Shown: piece by piece, positions 17,153 to 25,634 of the stretch
How positions within the stretch are numbered: position 1 is the stretch's first letter
Layout: each line of letters opens with the position of its first letter
Origin: a virus
Length of the DNA stretch: 64,000 nucleotides
Reading direction: 5' to 3' (one strand)
IMG/VR virus record: IMGVR_UViG_3300042673_002246
Notes under the pieces: model-generated
Databases searched by the model: none
The model's input: the letters and a program-made list of their open reading frames with translations, nothing else
Told to the model about the DNA's origin: nothing
Program-made: the position numbers and the translations under genes

Positions 17153-19081
17153 ATGTCTATTCTTGACCCATCTTTCATCGCAAGTTACGCAGATAAAAAA
17201 ACACCATGGGGTTTCGGTGGTTTGGGCGAGGTTGTATACCTGCGCACATACAGCCGCCCAGTCGATGGAACTGGTCGCAATGAGACGTGGACCGAAACAA
17301 TTACCCGCGCAATTAATGGCGCAATTGAAATTGGCGTTCCATTTACGCCAGAGGAAGCAGAAAAGCTTTTTGACCACATGTTCAACCTGCGTTGCTCGCT
17401 TTCTGGGCGTGCTCTTTGGCAACTTGGCACACCGCTTGTCAAGAAGTTCAATGCAACTTCTTTGAATAATTGTTACTTCACAAATATTGAATCGATTGAA
17501 GATTTTGAATTGCTGTTTGAATACCTGATGCTGGGTGGCGGCGTTGGATTCTCGGTAGAGCGCTCGAAGATTCACGAGCTACCAAAAGTTAAGCCAGGCG
17601 TCGTCATCACTCACGAGCGGTCAAATGACGCAGACATTATCGTTCCTGACTCTCGTCAAGGATGGAAGCGACTCCTTCATGCAGTTCTTAAGTCATACTT
17701 TGATACTGGCAAGTCTTTTTCATACTCGACAATTTTAATTCGTGAATATGGCGCGCCATTGAAGACGTTCGGCGGTACCGCATCTGGTCCAGGCGCATTA
17801 ATTGACGGAGTTGCCGACATATGCAAGGTAATGCAGAATCGCGAGGGCAAGAAGCTTCGTTCAATTGACGTGCTCGACATTTGCAACATCATTGGTCGCA
17901 TCGTTGTTTCTGGTTCATCACGTCGTTCAGCACAGATTGCAATTGGTGACCCAGACGACGTTCTGTTTATTCGAGCAAAGAACTGGTCAACTGGCAGCGT
18001 TCCAGCGTGGCGTGCTAACTCCAACAACTCCATCTATGCAGATGCGTACGAAGAAATCATGACAGAACTCTGGAAGGGTTACGACGGCTCAGGCGAGCCA
18101 TACGGTCTTGTTAATCGCAAGCTTGCAAGGAATTATGGCCGACTAGGCGAAAGAATGGTCGACAATAGCATTGAGGGCTTCAATCCGTGTGCGGAAATTG
18201 CCCTCGCAGATGGCGAGTCATGCAATCTAGCCACAATATTTTTGCCAAATGTCGAATCACTTGAACAGCTAAAAGAAATATCAATGTTGCTATACAAGGT
18301 GCAGAAACAGATAACCAGGCTTGACTACCCATACGCAAAGACAACCGAGATTGTTCGCAAGAACGCAAGACTCGGCCAGAGCGTCACTGGAATCTTGCAG
18401 GTGGAGCAGGAAAAGATTGAGTGGCTTGATAAGGCGTATATAAATCTCCGTGAATTTGATAAAAAGTACTCGGCAGAAAATAATTGGCCAGAATCGGTTC
18501 GCCTTACAACAGTTCAGCCATCTGGTACCTTGGCGCTGCTCCCAGGCAACACGCCTGGTATACATCCAGGATTTGCGCAGTACTACATCCGACGTGTGCG
18601 CTTTGGTTCATCAGACCCATTGGTCGATGGTTGCCGTAAGCGCGGTTATAAAGTTCAGTGGGATATCGGAATTGACGGTCGCGAAGACCACACTAAATAT
18701 GTGGTTGATTTTCCGTGCGAATCGCCAGAGGGCGCAGTTCTTGCCGCAAGCATGACAGCAGTTGAGCAGCTTGAATGGGTGAAGAAGATGCAAACCGTAT
18801 GGGCAGACAACGCTGTGTCCGTAACCGTCTACTATCGCAAGGAAGAGCTCGATTCAATCAAAGAATGGTTATCCAAGAACTACGACAAGGGCGTCAAATC
18901 GGTGTCGTTTCTTTTGCACAGCGACCACAACTTCCCGCTTCCGCCATACGAAGAAATCACCAAAGAGGAATACCAAAAACTGATATCAAAAATAGATTTT
19001 TCAATTCCTTTGGTGCAAAATTCCTTTGACGGACTGCTTGCGCTTGATGATTGTGCTACTGGTGCTTGTCCTGTAAAGTAA
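17153..19081 (+). CDS. nrdJ: Class II (adenosylcobalamin-dependent) ribonucleotide reductase
   Basis: VYLRTYSR, SGRALWQLG, NNCYF, GFNPCAEI..CNL, TVQPSGT, C-terminal CATGACP; no nrdB nearby. Confidence 0.92.
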   Translation: MSILDPSFIASYADKKTPWGFGGLGEVVYLRTYSRPVDGTGRNETWTETITRAINGAIEIGVPFTPEEAEKLFDHMFNLRCSLSGRALWQLGTPLVKKFNATSLNNCYFTNIESIEDFELLFEYLMLGGGVGFSVERSKIHELPKVKPGVVITHERSNDADIIVPDSRQGWKRLLHAVLKSYFDTGKSFSYSTILIREYGAPLKTFGGTASGPGALIDGVADICKVMQNREGKKLRSIDVLDICNIIGRIVVSGSSRRSAQIAIGDPDDVLFIRAKNWSTGSVPAWRANSNNSIYADAYEEIMTELWKGYDGSGEPYGLVNRKLARNYGRLGERMVDNSIEGFNPCAEIALADGESCNLATIFLPNVESLEQLKEISMLLYKVQKQITRLDYPYAKTTEIVRKNARLGQSVTGILQVEQEKIEWLDKAYINLREFDKKYSAENNWPESVRLTTVQPSGTLALLPGNTPGIHPGFAQYYIRRVRFGSSDPLVDGCRKRGYKVQWDIGIDGREDHTKYVVDFPCESPEGAVLAASMTAVEQLEWVKKMQTVWADNAVSVTVYYRKEELDSIKEWLSKNYDKGVKSVSFLLHSDHNFPLPPYEEITKEEYQKLISKIDFSIPLVQNSFDGLLALDDCATGACPVK

Positions 19082-19093
19082 TAGGCCACGCAG

Positions 19094-19170
19094 GCGTTGG
19101 TAGCTCAATCGGATAGAGCAACAGACTTCTAATCTGTAGGTTGTAGGTTCGAGTCCTACCCGACGCGCCA
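19094..19170 (+). tRNA. tRNA-Arg(TCT)
   Basis: Cloverleaf, loop CTTCTAA, encoded CCA. Confidence 0.95.
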
Positions 19171-19185
19171 TCAAACACATCAATC

Positions 19186-19884
19186 ATGGAGGCTGCAATG
19201 GAAGTGAAAGAAAGAAAAATTGATGAGTTTGGGTTTGTGCGTCTAGACGCACATATGGCCGACGATATGTCGGTTGTCAATGCAGCACGTGTATCTTTTG
19301 CACGACACCAAGAGGAGCTTGATGAAGCAGCAAAAGGATTGATAAATTTCTTAATGCGCGAAAGACATGGCACTCCTTTTGAGCACAATGCATTTAGATT
19401 CCATATTAAGTGTCCAATATTTGTTGCTAGGGAATGGTTTAGGCACAGAATAGGTTCATTTAATGAATTTTCAGCTCGATACAGTATGGTCAACGATGAG
19501 TTTTTCGTTCCTGCAGAGCACGATGTGAGAACTCAGGTTGGAAAACCGGGCGCATACCACTTTGACCCCGTTGAAAAAGATGTCGCCGATAGAACTATTG
19601 AAAGAATTAAAAATATAAACGAAATGGCGTACGGCACCTACAAGGAATTGATTAATGACGGCGTTGCAAAAGAGCTTGCACGAACAGTTTTGCCAATGGG
19701 AATGTACACACAGTTTTATTGGACGGTAAATGCTCGCTCGTTAATGAATTTTTTATCTCTTCGTCTAGACAAGTCTGCACAGGTGGACATTCGCCGATAT
19801 GCAACATGTGTTGAAATTGTTTTGGCTCAAACTATGCCTGTCACGTATAAGGCATGGGTTGAAAATGGAATGGTATGTCCATAG
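19186..19884 (+). CDS. thyX: Flavin-dependent thymidylate synthase
   Basis: VVNAARVS, HGTPFEH, REWFRHRIGSFNEFSARY signature. Confidence 0.97.
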   Translation: MEAAMEVKERKIDEFGFVRLDAHMADDMSVVNAARVSFARHQEELDEAAKGLINFLMRERHGTPFEHNAFRFHIKCPIFVAREWFRHRIGSFNEFSARYSMVNDEFFVPAEHDVRTQVGKPGAYHFDPVEKDVADRTIERIKNINEMAYGTYKELINDGVAKELARTVLPMGMYTQFYWTVNARSLMNFLSLRLDKSAQVDIRRYATCVEIVLAQTMPVTYKAWVENGMVCP

Positions 19885-19916
19885 TTGATTGAAGGTGTAA
19901 AAATTAACCATATTTT

Positions 19917-19992
19917 TGGCGAGTAGCTCAGTTGGCAGAGCAAGGGACTGTTAATCCCTGGGTCGTAGGTTCGAGCCCTACCTCGCCAGCCA
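19917..19992 (+). tRNA. tRNA-Asn(GTT)
   Basis: Cloverleaf, loop CTGTTAA, encoded CCA. Confidence 0.95.
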
Positions 19993-20055
19993 TTATGTGG
20001 ATTATTTAATTGTTTCCGATAGGGTACATCTAAACCACAAATTTAAAGGAAAATC

Positions 20056-20832
20056 ATGAGAAACATGAAGAAGATAGTTGTAGTTGCCGCCCTTTTGTTT
20101 GCAACGCTCGGCTCTAGTGAGGCAACCGCTCAAGATTGCGGCGAATACACAGAAGCTCCATCATCATTGGCCCCCTCAATGATTACGATTATTGATACAG
20201 AAGTTGGAACCGATGCATATCAACGATTGGTTGCTTACAGTAATGGTGGGCACAAGGCTCTGGGAATGGCGATTGCTGGTTTCTATAACTACCTTGATAA
20301 GTGCCAGTACGTAGGCATTGGCATCGGAGACGGAAGTGGTGGTAATGGCTTTCGCCCGAATTACACACTAGCTATTTGGTACGAAGGTATTGATTTGTCC
20401 GTGGCTCGTTCTGCTATTTACTCCCTTATTGGAGCCAGCGCGAATCCAGTTGTGAGTAATGGTGATTGCAATATCTCATGTGACGGAACGACTGGTCGTC
20501 AGTTTGATGGCACCATTGCTACTTCCACCACTACGACGAACATTCCCGAGACGACCACCACTACGACGACAATTATTCCGCAAGTTATTGTGCCCGTTGC
20601 TCCTCCAAGGCCAGCAGAAGAATTAGATGTTGCTCCAGTTGAAGTACCAACAGTCCCAAGTGAAGCACCAGTAATCGTTGAAACAACGACAACCACCTCC
20701 CTTGCTTCCATGCAAGTAATTGAGTCTGTTTCATTGAGTGTTGCTACTGCAAACAAGGAAGTTGCCAGCAATAAGAAGACTTTGCCCCCTAAGAAGAAGG
20801 CAAAGAAGGTGGTTGTTCAGCGCCGAAAATAA
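20056..20832 (+). CDS. Secreted protein with Thr/Pro-rich stalk and basic tail
   Basis: Signal peptide ending ATA-Q, poly-Thr tracts, KKAKK C-terminus. Confidence 0.7.
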   Translation: MRNMKKIVVVAALLFATLGSSEATAQDCGEYTEAPSSLAPSMITIIDTEVGTDAYQRLVAYSNGGHKALGMAIAGFYNYLDKCQYVGIGIGDGSGGNGFRPNYTLAIWYEGIDLSVARSAIYSLIGASANPVVSNGDCNISCDGTTGRQFDGTIATSTTTTNIPETTTTTTTIIPQVIVPVAPPRPAEELDVAPVEVPTVPSEAPVIVETTTTTSLASMQVIESVSLSVATANKEVASNKKTLPPKKKAKKVVVQRRK

Positions 20833-20842
20833 CATAGGCGTC

Positions 20843-20932
20843 GGAGCGGTGGCAGAGAGGCTTATTGCACCTGTCTTGAAAACAGGAGTCCGTTTGCGCG
20901 GACCGGGGGTTCAAATCCCTCCCGCTCCTCCA
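20843..20932 (+). tRNA. tRNA-Ser(TGA)
   Basis: Cloverleaf with long variable arm, loop CTTGAAA, encoded CCA. Confidence 0.93.
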
Positions 20933-20938
20933 TATCCA

Positions 20939-21011
20939 GTCTGGGTAGCCCAATGGCAGAGGCACGGCGCTTAGGACGCCGCCAGTGAGAGTTCGAGTCT
21001 CTCTCCAGACA
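20939..21011 (+). tRNA. tRNA-Leu(TAG), short variable loop
   Basis: GTCTGGG/TCCAGAC acceptor, CGGCG-CTTAGGA-CGCCG anticodon arm, GAGAG-TTCGAGT-CTCTC T-arm. Confidence 0.85.
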
Positions 21012-21028
21012 CTATATTTTTAAGGGCT

Positions 21029-21100
21029 GCCCTTGTAGCTCAGTGGTAGAGCACCTCACTTGTAATGAGGTGGCCGTGGGTTCGACTCCCACCGAGGGCT
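21029..21100 (+). tRNA. tRNA-Thr(TGT)
   Basis: Cloverleaf, loop CTTGTAA. Confidence 0.93.
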
Positions 21101-21123
21101 CTACTTTTTGCTAGGTTCTATTT

Positions 21124-21906
21124 ATGTCCGTAAAAATCATCAAAAATGTCGATATCGGCAATATTCCGCCTACCCCGGCGATTCCGATTATTGATGATGC
21201 TCGGACCCCGGAAGCCACATCCAACCTTATTGAAATCGCTGGATTCCACGGATATCCAGTAAGTTACCGACAAGAACAGGGTGGGCGACTGATTCAGAAT
21301 ATTGTCCCTGTGCATAAAAACGAAAACCAACAAATATCTACGTCGTCAAAAGTTGAATTATATCTTCATACCGAGACGGCTTTTCACCCGTATAAGCCAA
21401 CACATGTAATTTTGATGTGTTTACGCGGCGACGAAACAGCACTGACAACATACTCCTCCCTTGACGACATAGTCTCCGAGCTTTCTGAAGAGCAGATAAA
21501 TGTTCTCCGAACTCCAAACTTCACAACTTCATTGGATGACAGCTTCATGATGGATGGGGAACCGGATTTTACTCTCGGAATAACTCCTCTTTCTCGCGAC
21601 AAAGCCGGCCATGATGTATTCACATTTGATTGGGCGTTAATGAGAGGTAAGACCACAGAAGCGCAATCGACTCTTTCCGCTGTTCGTGATGCAATATCAA
21701 AGACCACAAAAGAAGTGGCGCTCAAGTCTGGTGAAGTTATGGTTATAGACAACAGAGTTGCTGTACATGGCAGAAAGCCGTTTCAACCAAAATATGATGG
21801 GAGCGATAGGTGGGTGAAGCGAATCCTAACCATAGATAGACTTCCGCCAAGAAAATACATGGACGAACATGTAATTGATTTCGATTTTGAAGAGGAGGCG
21901 ATGTGA
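21124..21906 (+). CDS. Clavaminate synthase/AsnO-like Fe(II)/2-oxoglutarate oxygenase (TauD/TfdA fold)
   Basis: LHTETAFH (HxE facial triad), IDNRVAVHGR, DRWVKR. Confidence 0.85.
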   Translation: MSVKIIKNVDIGNIPPTPAIPIIDDARTPEATSNLIEIAGFHGYPVSYRQEQGGRLIQNIVPVHKNENQQISTSSKVELYLHTETAFHPYKPTHVILMCLRGDETALTTYSSLDDIVSELSEEQINVLRTPNFTTSLDDSFMMDGEPDFTLGITPLSRDKAGHDVFTFDWALMRGKTTEAQSTLSAVRDAISKTTKEVALKSGEVMVIDNRVAVHGRKPFQPKYDGSDRWVKRILTIDRLPPRKYMDEHVIDFDFEEEAM

Positions 21907-21964
21907 GCCTTAAAGAAATAGGTCTCTCCGAAGATTTCGATTTTTTGCGCACACGTTTTTCAGC

Positions 21965-22267
21965 ATGGACCAGAAGACTACGGGTTTATTAGTGCATCCA
22001 CAATATACCACTAGCATGTATCCAATAACGATAAGGCAATCTCGTTATGGTGGGACATATGAGGGCGGCGAGTGGTATGCGTATCACGGAGACATAGAGC
22101 TCGCACAGGGGTATTACGACTACATTGACGGCGATGACTGCGACGCTCTGGATTTTTGGGATTCGGACGACTCAAAATTTTTTGGTATTGGCGACACGCC
22201 GAACCAGGCACTCGAGGATATGTTGGACAGAAATCCAGTTATTCGTACATCTCCCGATTGGGAATAG
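21965..22267 (+). CDS. Conserved phage hypothetical protein
   Basis: YP.TIRQSRYGGTYEGGEW...GDTPNQAL motif. Confidence 0.65.
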   Translation: MDQKTTGLLVHPQYTTSMYPITIRQSRYGGTYEGGEWYAYHGDIELAQGYYDYIDGDDCDALDFWDSDDSKFFGIGDTPNQALEDMLDRNPVIRTSPDWE

Positions 22268-22369
22268 ACAGGTCTTTTCTCATTCTGAGAAATGTTTTTA
22301 GCATTACCGCGACTATTACCGGAGCAAATACAACTGCAGAAACAAACCGGCAGCCCTTCTTGATGTCAA

Positions 22370-22696
22370 TCACCTAAAATCACCACTCCCACTTATCGCC
22401 CCACGCTCTTTCCTGTCGGCAAGTTTCGCAAGATTCTCATGAGCTACATTATCCAGCGTGACATTTAGCTCAAGCGCTAATTGAGAAACATACCAAAGAA
22501 CATCCCCTAGCTCTGATGCTAATTCAAACCGCTTTTCTTCCGTCAGGTGTGAATCATAATCACGAATGACTTTCTTTAGTTTTCCCGCTACTTCCCCAGC
22601 CTCGGAGCAGAGACCAAGAGCTAAGTATTCGAGTGCTTTGCCCTTTGGGTAGATTGCAGTAGAGCTGGTTCGATGTTGGTAGTCGTTAAAATCCAT
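22370..22696 (-). CDS. mazG: MazG-like NTP pyrophosphohydrolase
   Basis: LGLCSEAGEVAGKLKK...ELGDVLWY...NLAKL..R..RG.I.GSGD. Confidence 0.9.
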   Translation of the reverse strand: MDFNDYQHRTSSTAIYPKGKALEYLALGLCSEAGEVAGKLKKVIRDYDSHLTEEKRFELASELGDVLWYVSQLALELNVTLDNVAHENLAKLADRKERGAISGSGDFR

Positions 22697-22772
22697 GATG
22701 GGGCCTATCTATTTTTATGATACTTAACTTTGTTGTATTCATTTTAGTGATTGCAATGCAATAATGATTGCC

Positions 22773-22925
22773 ATGACAGCACTAATAATACTTGGGTTTT
22801 TGGGCATTGTTGCCGGAATATTTCACCTTTTTCTAGTTAGGTCGGTAGACCAGTACACCGCCTATGGTCAGGGCGGCACATTCCGCGAGTGGAATGAATT
22901 CGAGCGACAGAAGCTCAATTTCTAG
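22773..22925 (+). CDS. Small membrane protein (50 aa)
   Basis: Hand translation MTALIILGFLGIVAGIFHLFLVRS... Confidence 0.45.
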   Translation: MTALIILGFLGIVAGIFHLFLVRSVDQYTAYGQGGTFREWNEFERQKLNF

Positions 22926-22926
22926 A

Positions 22927-23535
22927 CTACTTAACGTATATTCCAAGTCTTTCCAGCTCTGTGCCCTCATCGCTAATAAACCTATAACCATCTGGCTTTG
23001 GGTCTGGCTCGTCTTTCCATACAGGAATCATTGAATTGTTCCCATATGCAAAGTCCGGATTTTCTCGCAGGTGAATTTCGATTAGTTTGCCGCCAATAAA
23101 CTCGCAGTTGATTGTTCTGTACTGAAGCGGGATTAACCCTATGAACTGCGGCAGAGGGTGCCATTTATCTGTTTTTTCCCATTTGGTGAATCTCTGATAG
23201 GGGCGCTCTGAATGCTTTGTCCCAACTGTTTTGAGGATTGGCTGATATCCCTTGTAGTCGATGCTTAGATGTTCTCCCTCAAAAACCTCACACCAGAACT
23301 CGCCTGGATGAAGAAGTTCTGTGGTTTTTTCTTCTATGTATATTTTTCTTGCTTTTTCGCCCATACCCTCGATGTTCATCACGGGCTTCACGAAGTACTC
23401 ACCCGGCTTCGGAACGGGGGTTCCACGTGGGCCACAGATATGTCCGGAGAGCCTGGAAACAATTAACTTGTCAAATACCCAGAGGTGTTTTGGGTCGCAG
23501 TTAAGCCATGCTTTTGCTTCTAGTGATTGCTCCAC
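22927..23535 (-). CDS. Conserved phage protein, possibly ATP-grasp-like
   Basis: WVFDKL...CGP.G...VKPVMNIEGMG...FWCEVFEGEHLSIDY...NCEFIGGKLIEIHLRENPDF. Confidence 0.6.
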   Translation of the reverse strand: MEQSLEAKAWLNCDPKHLWVFDKLIVSRLSGHICGPRGTPVPKPGEYFVKPVMNIEGMGEKARKIYIEEKTTELLHPGEFWCEVFEGEHLSIDYKGYQPILKTVGTKHSERPYQRFTKWEKTDKWHPLPQFIGLIPLQYRTINCEFIGGKLIEIHLRENPDFAYGNNSMIPVWKDEPDPKPDGYRFISDEGTELERLGIYVK

Positions 23536-23537
23536 AT

Positions 23538-23783
23538 TTACGGCTCAATAAAGATGCACTCACCAGGGCACTCTTCGGCAGCTTCAATTACGTCAGATAG
23601 TCTTTCGTCTGCGAAAGAAGCCATTCCTTCCGCTCCTTCCGGGTTCCCCACAGCGGCCGCATAAATCTTGTCCCCTTCGCGCACATACGCAAGACCGTCT
23701 GGCATCATGTGAAAAACATCTGGGGCTATCTCTGCGCATAGTCCATCTCCAGTACATAGGTCTTGGTCAATCCATACTCTCAT
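23538..23783 (-). CDS. Single-cluster ferredoxin
   Basis: IDQDLCTGDGLCAEIAPDVF...AEECPGECI (CxxDxxC...CP). Confidence 0.92.
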   Translation of the reverse strand: MRVWIDQDLCTGDGLCAEIAPDVFHMMPDGLAYVREGDKIYAAAVGNPEGAEGMASFADERLSDVIEAAEECPGECIFIEP

Positions 23784-24112
23784 TGCGCAGTTTCTTGTCC
23801 GCAGTAAATCTTTGCTTCATGGAGAACTTCGAACCACTTCTCATCTATGTTCGCGCCGAATTGACTCAGTTCCATGAACAGTCGGTCACCAAGGCCCTTG
23901 TCTGACATGTCCTTAAACAATGCAAAGAACTCATGACTCTTCGTGCTTAGGTGTATATCCTTGCGCGTGAATGGATGTGTAATTCTTATGTGCGCAGCAT
24001 TAAGCATTGGAGTGCAAATGTTGTATTCAGAGTTTTTTGCAGTTGTAAATGCAATCTCTTCGCTGTTCTTTTCCTCACGAACAACTTTTTTCTTCGGGGG
24101 TGCTCCAGCCAT
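23780..24112 (-). CDS. Hypothetical protein
   Basis: 110-aa ORF, ATGA overlap with the ferredoxin. Confidence 0.6.
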   Translation of the reverse strand: MAGAPPKKKVVREEKNSEEIAFTTAKNSEYNICTPMLNAAHIRITHPFTRKDIHLSTKSHEFFALFKDMSDKGLGDRLFMELSQFGANIDEKWFEVLHEAKIYCGQETAQ

Positions 24113-24170
24113 TACTTATCCTCCGTAATCGGTCCGCCGGTAACCCATGCCCGGCATGATGTTTCACTTT

Positions 24171-24458
24171 TCACAGTTGCTCCTCGCTATCTGGGATGCC
24201 ATTGCCGTTTTTGTCTTCAGCATTTCTTCCAGTGGAAATCATCAGTCCTGCAAGTGTTCCAGTTATGAAAGTCGCGACGCTCGAAAGCACGCTAAAAAAC
24301 ATTTTATCGTTTTCTGCTTGAGCTCCTATCGGCTGCGTAACGAATACGAGAGCGTACAAAACACCTATAGTTGTTAGTGTTAAAACTGCAGCAAGTACGC
24401 ACCCAACAACAAACTTAAGACGAGCATCAAGGTCCGCTGGTGTGAGTCGTGGTTTCAT
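24171..24458 (-). CDS. Two-TM membrane protein (possible holin-like)
   Basis: Two hydrophobic helices, C-terminal DKNGNGIPD. Confidence 0.65.
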   Translation of the reverse strand: MKPRLTPADLDARLKFVVGCVLAAVLTLTTIGVLYALVFVTQPIGAQAENDKMFFSVLSSVATFITGTLAGLMISTGRNAEDKNGNGIPDSEEQL

Positions 24459-24478
24459 ATTTTAATTAACCCTCCTGA

Positions 24479-25009
24479 TTAATCAAGGTTGGAAAAAGAA
24501 CGGACTGGGCGCACAAAGTACAATTGGTCCTTACTAACGTTGTAGCCACTAGACCCACTAGCACCAAAAATCTGCACATGTGCGGTTTCGTATGTGAAGT
24601 TCATTCCTGGAACACCTTGGGTTGAACTCCAGTATGCGCTACCATCATCAAAGCCTCCAACCATGTCTCGATGGGCGTATAGCTGGGCCATCTCGTCATC
24701 GGAAGGCAGGAACCAATCTGTAAATCCATTCCATGAATAACTAGTGCAATATGCTGCTGCGCAGTTGTCCTTTGTATTTCCACTCATTGACGCAATAAGT
24801 TTTGTATTGCTTTCTCCTGTGCCAATTTTGTTTCCCGAAGCACCAGAATCTCCGTATCCAGAAGACCAGGGTATTTGGACGAAATCGGGATTTCTGCATG
24901 GACCTGCTTCAAACCACAAACCAGTAGTATTTCCATGTGTGGTCGGATTGATAAAAATAACTCCACCCGCAGGTCCTTTATCACCGATTCTTAAATGTTC
25001 TATTTTCAT
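24479..25009 (-). CDS. DUF1566/Lcl-like domain protein
   Basis: IGDKGPAGGVIF...GESNT...DWFLPS.DEM...YWSST...VRPVRSF; start placed at 25009 (ATGA overlap). Confidence 0.75.
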   Translation of the reverse strand: MKIEHLRIGDKGPAGGVIFINPTTHGNTTGLWFEAGPCRNPDFVQIPWSSGYGDSGASGNKIGTGESNTKLIASMSGNTKDNCAAAYCTSYSWNGFTDWFLPSDDEMAQLYAHRDMVGGFDDGSAYWSSTQGVPGMNFTYETAHVQIFGASGSSGYNVSKDQLYFVRPVRSFSNLD

Positions 25010-25224
25010 GGCGCCGTTGTTACCTCTGGTGAAATCGTATCTACGCTTATTTCGTTCGGGTCCCATCCAAGCAGCGTTTTTGTGCACGCTCCATCTACCT
25101 CGCATATTGGCGGCTTACATTCACTCTTGCCCCAGTTTTCAGGGTCTTGACATTCATATCGGTACTTACCGTCATAGCCGCAAGAAGCAATAAGAAGTGC
25201 AGAAACAAGAATTAACCTTTTCAT
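25006..25224 (-). CDS. Small lipoprotein
   Basis: Lipobox LIASC, YRYECQDPENW...C..P.C....C. Confidence 0.7.
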   Translation of the reverse strand: MKRLILVSALLIASCGYDGKYRYECQDPENWGKSECKPPICEVDGACTKTLLGWDPNEISVDTISPEVTTAP

Positions 25225-25622
25225 TTTGTCTTGAATTCATTCCAGGTTTTGTCACCCACACCAAAATATTCACGAGCAAAACCAGATTGGATAATGTCTT
25301 TGTTTAAACAAGCAGTTGTGGGGTCATCTATTTTGTCTGATGAGTAAATTCTTGCCAAAACTCTTCCATATTTATCATTTTTGTCTGGAATAGTGTTTAC
25401 AAAAACCCATTTATGACCATCAAGCCAGTCCTTGGTAAAAGACTTTGCCTTAAGCCCAAGTTCTTTTTCCTTGAGGTCTTTGGTGCGTGACTCTGGTGTA
25501 TTAACGCCATATAGACGAACACGAATTTTATGATGGACACTAAATCCAAGGTCAATCATTAGGTCGACCGTGTCTCCATCAACTACATTGAGTACCGTTG
25601 CCCCATACCAGAATCGTTCCAC
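25221..25622 (-). CDS. Thermonuclease (SNase-like)
   Basis: VVDGDTVD, RVRLYGVNTPESRT, DKYGRVLA. Confidence 0.9.
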   Translation of the reverse strand: MERFWYGATVLNVVDGDTVDLMIDLGFSVHHKIRVRLYGVNTPESRTKDLKEKELGLKAKSFTKDWLDGHKWVFVNTIPDKNDKYGRVLARIYSSDKIDDPTTACLNKDIIQSGFAREYFGVGDKTWNEFKTK

Positions 25623-25634
25623 GACAAGTTATCC

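Noticed and set aside
17153-19081. Intein or intron in nrdJ (also checked terL and primase)
   Set aside because: Lengths are compact and the motifs are contiguous
25010-25105. N-terminal extension of the DUF1566-like ORF
   Set aside because: Overlaps the lipoprotein gene; the ATG at 25009 gives a typical ATGA coupling
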